Assembly (NCBI GenBank): GCA_963816725.1
Contig: CAWFMC010000009.1
Span: 30,073 to 94,072 of the forward strand
Origin: an uncultured Acidobacteriota bacterium
GTDB taxonomy: Bacteria > Acidobacteriota > Vicinamibacteria > Vicinamibacterales > 2-12-FULL-66-21
DNA: 64,000 nucleotides
Direction: 5' to 3'
Shown: positions 59,378 to 64,000 of the stretch, in pieces
How positions within the stretch are numbered: the first letter of the stretch is position 1
Layout: every line of letters begins with the position of its first letter
Program-made: the position numbers and the translations under genes
Notes under the pieces: model-generated
Told to the model about the DNA's origin: nothing
The model's input: the letters and a program-made list of their open reading frames with translations, nothing else
Databases searched by the model: none

Positions 59378-59459
59378 GCCCCCGGCACCTAGAGAGGACT
59401 CGATCTGATACGGACCCAGGCGCGTGCCGGCGGTGAGCGGAGTCTCGTGCAGGCGGCGG

Positions 59460-59468
59460 ATTATATCA
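59460..59468 (-). promoter_or_regulatory. extended -10 box (TGATATAAT)
   Basis: The minus strand reads cccTGATATAATccgccgcCTG. It lies in frame with, and immediately upstream of, the kinase N-terminal homology. Confidence 0.4.
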
Positions 59469-59929
59469 GGGTGCGGGTGGCTTCCCGTTTGCCGACGGTG
59501 ACCGATGCTGCGACTCGGCCTGACGCCTATTGGGGCGCAGGCGGCAATTCAGGCGTCAAGGCGTGTTTGGACAGGCGGCGGTTTGAGAATTGAAAATTAA
59601 TGGCAGCTGCAAGTCTGACCGTCGGCAGCACGCAGGGGCTGCCCGGCTGCGCGCATGACTCCCGGCAGCTGATCCCGATCACCATGCCGTCTCGAACAGC
59701 AGGCGCGCGATGTGCGGACGGGAATGTTGACGCTCGCCGAAAAACTGACTACCTGTGTCCGCTGAACATTGACCAGGGTAGGGCCAGCACCTCTGGATCA
59801 GAAACCTTCCCCACGGGATTTCGGAGAAAGACGTCCAAAGAGCGGCGATTACCTTAGGAAAAGCGCCGTCGCTCAGACGGCTGACTCATTGCATGGCTGA
59901 GCTTACGGCCCGGAGCGTTCACCGGCGGA

Positions 59930-60133
59930 CGTCGAGTTCTGAAGGCTGCGGGTATGGCGCCGTCCGACGTGGTGAGCGTGCAGGTATACCTGACGGACGC
60001 GTCGAGATTCCAGCAGATGAATGCCGTGTATACGGGCTACTTCAAGGATCCGCGCCCGACGCGAACTACCGTGGTGGTCGCCAAGCTCGTGGGCCCTGGC
60101 AACATCGAGATTACCGTCACCGCCAGGAAGTAG
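59930..60133 (+). pseudogene. 5'-truncated RidA (YjgF/L-PSP) family remnant
   Basis: VLKAAGMAPSDVVSVQVYLTDASRFQQMNAVYTGYFKDPRPTRTTVVVAKLVGPGNIEITVTARK* is the C-terminal half of a RidA fold. An in-frame TGA at 59882 and non-homologous sequence replace the N-terminal half. Confidence 0.6.
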
Positions 60134-60193
60134 TGGTAGAAATGTTGCGCGGGCTAGCGCCCTTTACGCGTGGCGCACCGCACGTGAGCTGAC

Positions 60194-61685
60194 ATGGCTA
60201 CGCCGCTTCATCCCTCGCTCTATCAAATCAACACGCGCGTCTGGCTCACGGCGCTGGCCCAGTCTCTGGGCCGGCCCGCCACGCTGGACGACATCCCGGA
60301 CGACGAGCTCGACCGCCTGGCGGGAAGAGGCTTCGACTGGATCTGGTTGCTGAGCGTCTGGCAGACCGGTGAGGCGGGTCAGCGTGTCTCGCGCGCCAAC
60401 CCCGAATGGCGGCACGAATTCCAGGACACGCTGCCGGATCTGTGCGAGGACGACATCGCGGGTTCTGGCTTCGCCATCACCGGATATGACGTCCACGATC
60501 AGCTGGGAGGGGACGCTTCACTTGCGCGCCTGCGCGAACGGTTTCGGGCGCGCGGTCTCCGGTTGCTGCTCGATTTCGTCCCGAATCACACGGGCCTGGA
60601 TCACCCGTGGGTGCAGGCGCACCCCGAGTACTGACGTGCAGGGCACCAACGACGACCTTTCGCGAGAGCCGCAGAACTACACTCGGCTTCGGGGCGCGCA
60701 CGGCGATCGCGTGTTCGCCTACGGACGCGATCCGTACTTCGCCGGGTGGCCCGACACGCTGCAGTTGAACTACGCGGATCCCGCCACACAGGAGGCGATG
60801 ATCGCGACGCTCGTGAAGATCGCCGAACAGTGCGATGGCGTGCGGTGCGACATGGCCATGCTGGTGCTCCCCGACGTCTTCGAACGCACGTGGGGCGTTC
60901 GCGCGGAGCCCTTCTGGCCGCGCGCCATCGCACGCGTCCGCGAGCGCGCGCCCGGATTCCACTTCATGGCCGAGGTCTACTGGGATCTCGAATGGACGTT
61001 GCAGCAGCAGGGATTCGACTACACATACGACAAGCGCCTGTACGACCGCCTTCGCGACGGGCACGTCCGGCCCATCCTCGAGCACCTCCACGCCGCCCCC
61101 GATTACCAGAACAAGATGGCCCGCTTCCTGGAAAACCACGACGAGCCGCGCGCGGCTGCAACGTTCGGCTCCGGCGCTCACGAGGCGGCGGCGGTCATCA
61201 CGTTTCTATCGCCGGGGCTGCGCTTCTTTCATCAGGGGCAATTCGAAGGACGCAGGAAGCGGATCTCTCCCCACCTGGTTCGCGGACCGGTCGAGGCTGT
61301 GGATCACCGGCTGCAGCAGTTCTACGACCGTCTCCTGAGAGCGCTGAAGCTGCCGGCTGTGCGCGAGGGCGAGTGGCAACTGCTCGAATGCAGGCCGGCG
61401 TGGGAAGGCAACTGGACCTCGGACGGCTTCGTCGCGTACGCGTGGCAGGGCCGCGACGGCACGCCAGTGGTGGTCACAGTCAACAACGCGCCCCATCAGG
61501 CGCAGTGCTACGTTGCTCTGCCTCTCGCAGATCTCGTGGGCGCCGAGTGGCGGCTGTCGGATCAGCTGGAGGGGGCTGTCTACGACCGCGACGGCGGCGA
61601 CCTTCACAATCGCGGATTGTACGTGGACGCCCCCCCGTGGCAGACGGCGGTGTTCACACTCGCCAGGAAGTCGTCAGAAGCCTGA
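60194..61685 (+). pseudogene. alpha-amylase family (GH13-like) glycoside hydrolase, frame broken at ~60632
   Basis: ORF 60194..60634 ends ...LLLDFVPNHTGLDHPWVQAHPEY*. The next frame continues DVQGTNDDLSREPQNY...GVRCDMAMLV...FLENHDEPR (track ORF 60369..61685). One extra base lies between TAC (60629-60631) and GAC (60633-60635). Confidence 0.8.
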
Positions 61686-62135
61686 AGCCGGTCACGGTCA
61701 TCACGCGTGTCCACAACTCAGCCGGGAGTCTACCGTTCCTGTGCACGTGAATTGAGCGAGGACCACGGGCCCGCTCGATACGCTTTGATGCTCGTCCAAT
61801 CACGTGCCTTCAAGTCGAACTGCGAGCGGTAACGCCGGTTGCCGGCATGTCGCATGCCGAGCCCTTAACGTTCCTGGGCACCGCAATAACCGGCAGCGAT
61901 CGTTTCTCGGGCAAAAGGTCGCCATAGCGTCGGCAAATGATCCCGCTTACGTATGGATGCCGGAGCTGACTCCGACCGACCGGCGCAGAACCTGCAGGTG
62001 GCGCTCCGTAGCCAGGCGCAGCTTTATTTGATGGTGATCAGTATGAGCGATTCCGTACTTGTAACTGGGAAGCGGCGCGCCGGTGACGTCGTGGGCGGAG
62101 CGGAAGCGCCGAAATGCGGTCCGGAAACCTGCTTC

Positions 62136-63557
62136 ATGTGTCGAGAAGCCACCATTGGCACGTGTTGGGTCGGTCACAGATACGCACCGCGCATCGCGGC
62201 GTGGGCGATCTGTGTCTTTCTCAGTGCTGCCGCATCGGCGCAAACGCCGCAGCCGACCGGGTCCGCGACTCAGCAACCCGACAGCGTTACGCCGAGTTCA
62301 CCTCTGGCCATTCACGTTGGCGACGCAGACTTGCTGTTCGGCGGCTTCATCGACGCCACGTCGATTCGGCGGGACGTCAATACCGGCAGCGGGCTGGGCA
62401 CGTCGTTTGGGACCATCCCGTTCGGCAATACGGTGCAGGGCCACATGAACGACACGCAGTTCTCCTCGCAGAACTCGCGCCTCACGCTGCAGGCGACCAG
62501 CAAGGTTGGCGCGGCCAACCTGAAGGGCGTTCTCGAAGTGGACTTCCTTGGTAATGCCCCGAACGGCCTCAACGTCACCACGAACTCCAACACGCTGCGG
62601 ATGCGCGTCTTTTGGGGCCAGTACCGGCAGGGCGCGTTCGAGTTCCTGACCGGTCAGGCGTGGAGCCTGATGACGCCGAATCGCAACGGCCTGTCGCCAG
62701 AAACAGGGGACGTGTTCTTTGGTCAAACCGTGGACCCGAATTATCAAGCGGGACTGGCATGGGGACGGACGATGCAGTTCCGGCTCACGACGCATCCTCA
62801 CGATAGTGTGACGGCGGCCGTCTCGATCGAGAACCCGGATCAGTATGTCGGCAGCGGCGTCAAGCTGCCGGCGGGACTCCCCTCCGGTGAGGTCGACACT
62901 GGCGCCACGGTCAATGACGTACCAAATGCGTTTCCCGACATCATCGGCAAGGCCGCGTTCGACCCGAAGATCGGCCACACGCACCAGCACATCGACGCCG
63001 CGCTGCTCGTTCGCAACTTCAAGACGTACAACCTCGACACCGATACGACATTCAAGAAAACCGCGGTCGGTGGCGCGCTGAACGCCGCCGTCGAGCTCAT
63101 CCCGTCGATACGCCTGGTGGCGGCGGTCTTTTATTCCTCGGGCGGCGGCCGCTACCTCGCCAACACGAACTTGCCGGACTTCATCGTCAACCACGACGCG
63201 AGTCTCACGCTGGTAAAGACCCGGTCGTCGTTGATCGGCACAGAGATCCAAGCGGCCCACAAGACGATGCTCTATGGCTACTACAGCGCGGCGCACGCCG
63301 ATCGCGCAGTCGCCACCGACGTCGATGGTAGCGCGATAGGATTTGGTGTGCCCGGATCGACCGCGGCCAACGAACAGATCGTCGAAGCGACGGCGGGCGT
63401 CACCCATACTTTCTTCCGCGACCCAAAGATCGGCGGAATGCAGTTCATGGCCCAGTACTCGCACGTGCGGCGCACGCCCTTCTCGGTACCCCCGGGCACA
63501 CCCGCAGATGCGTCTGTGAACATGATTTATTTGAACGTCCGTTATTTCCTGCCATAA
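62136..63557 (+). CDS. outer-membrane beta-barrel porin (family unassigned)
   Basis: Signal peptide region RIAAWAICVFLSAAASAQ, a beta-strand-rich sequence, and C-terminal NMIYLNVRYFLP*. Start ATG 62136 is uncertain. Confidence 0.7.
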   Translation: MCREATIGTCWVGHRYAPRIAAWAICVFLSAAASAQTPQPTGSATQQPDSVTPSSPLAIHVGDADLLFGGFIDATSIRRDVNTGSGLGTSFGTIPFGNTVQGHMNDTQFSSQNSRLTLQATSKVGAANLKGVLEVDFLGNAPNGLNVTTNSNTLRMRVFWGQYRQGAFEFLTGQAWSLMTPNRNGLSPETGDVFFGQTVDPNYQAGLAWGRTMQFRLTTHPHDSVTAAVSIENPDQYVGSGVKLPAGLPSGEVDTGATVNDVPNAFPDIIGKAAFDPKIGHTHQHIDAALLVRNFKTYNLDTDTTFKKTAVGGALNAAVELIPSIRLVAAVFYSSGGGRYLANTNLPDFIVNHDASLTLVKTRSSLIGTEIQAAHKTMLYGYYSAAHADRAVATDVDGSAIGFGVPGSTAANEQIVEATAGVTHTFFRDPKIGGMQFMAQYSHVRRTPFSVPPGTPADASVNMIYLNVRYFLP

Positions 63558-63769
63558 CTTGTCTGCCGAGGAGGCAAACCGGTGCGATCCGCTCCGAACG
63601 CCGGCCAGGCATTACGGGCGGCGCTCCGCACGTCGAAACTTATCGACGGGTCTTCTGTGTGCGGCCGCTCGTCAGCCTGCAACTCCAGGCGGGCAATTCG
63701 CGGGCTGCGTTCTAACGTAACTGGGCGCTGGCGGTCCGCGACACGGTCAGTCCACGAGGAGTAAACGCG

Positions 63770-64000
63770 ATGTCGCCAGCTCCGATTCCTGCCCAGACGA
63801 GCGCGCCGAAGGCGCCGGCCTTCCGTTTCGACCTGGTTGCCGGGCTGACCGCCGCCGCGGTCGTCCTTCCCAAGGCGATGGCTTACGCGACGGTGGCCGG
63901 CCTGCCGGTTGCGGTCGGCTTATACACCGCTTTCATCCCGATGGCGATCTACGCGCTGCTCGGCACCTCGCGCGTGCTCAGCGTCAGCTCGACCACGACG
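63770..64000 (+). CDS. SulP family anion transporter (N-terminal part, runs off window)
   Basis: ATG 63770. FRFDLVAGLTAAAVVLPKAMAYATVAGLPVAVGLYTAFIPMAIYALLGTSRVLSVSSTTT is a typical SulP N-terminus. Confidence 0.75.
   Translation, partial: MSPAPIPAQTSAPKAPAFRFDLVAGLTAAAVVLPKAMAYATVAGLPVAVGLYTAFIPMAIYALLGTSRVLSVSSTTT

Overview
High-GC bacterial chromosomal window. The gene content suggests an Acidobacteriota-like soil bacterium: PEP-CTERM proteins, three Ser/Thr kinases fused to TPR or PD40/TolB-type propellers, DUF1080 and many universal stress proteins (USPs). This is inference only. I call about 50 protein-coding genes or gene remnants and one insertion sequence, and no rRNA, tRNA or CRISPR array. 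Most long track ORFs that lie antisense to or out of frame with these genes are high-GC artefacts.

Main observations:
1. The region 7.4-27 kb looks like a dedicated sigma-54 regulon. Twelve -24/-12 promoter matches sit 31-68 nt (one at 174 nt) upstream of six USP genes and of CBS, OsmC, DUF3365, serine-hydrolase and P-type ATPase genes, and a thirteenth weak match lies at 85-99. They also precede two paralogous small Cys-containing proteins of unknown family.
2. The only sigma-54 activator in the window is the first gene of an overlapping operon: NtrC-type regulator, then a PatA-like GNAT/NDP-forming acyl-CoA synthetase, then a PAS histidine kinase.
3. A cNMP-binding histidine kinase is translationally coupled to a response regulator fused to glutaredoxin-like and thioredoxin-reductase-like domains that lack every redox cysteine.
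4. An L-serine dehydratase carries a Tat/lipoprotein signal and sits next to a porin.
5. An intact tyrosine-recombinase plus IS91-family transposase element is bounded by roughly 32-36 bp imperfect inverted repeats.
6. The window carries a heavy load of single-base frameshifts (4 genes), 5'-truncated or internally deleted gene remnants (at least 6), and a kinase without a usable start codon.

All functional calls come from motif recognition by eye. No database searches were run.
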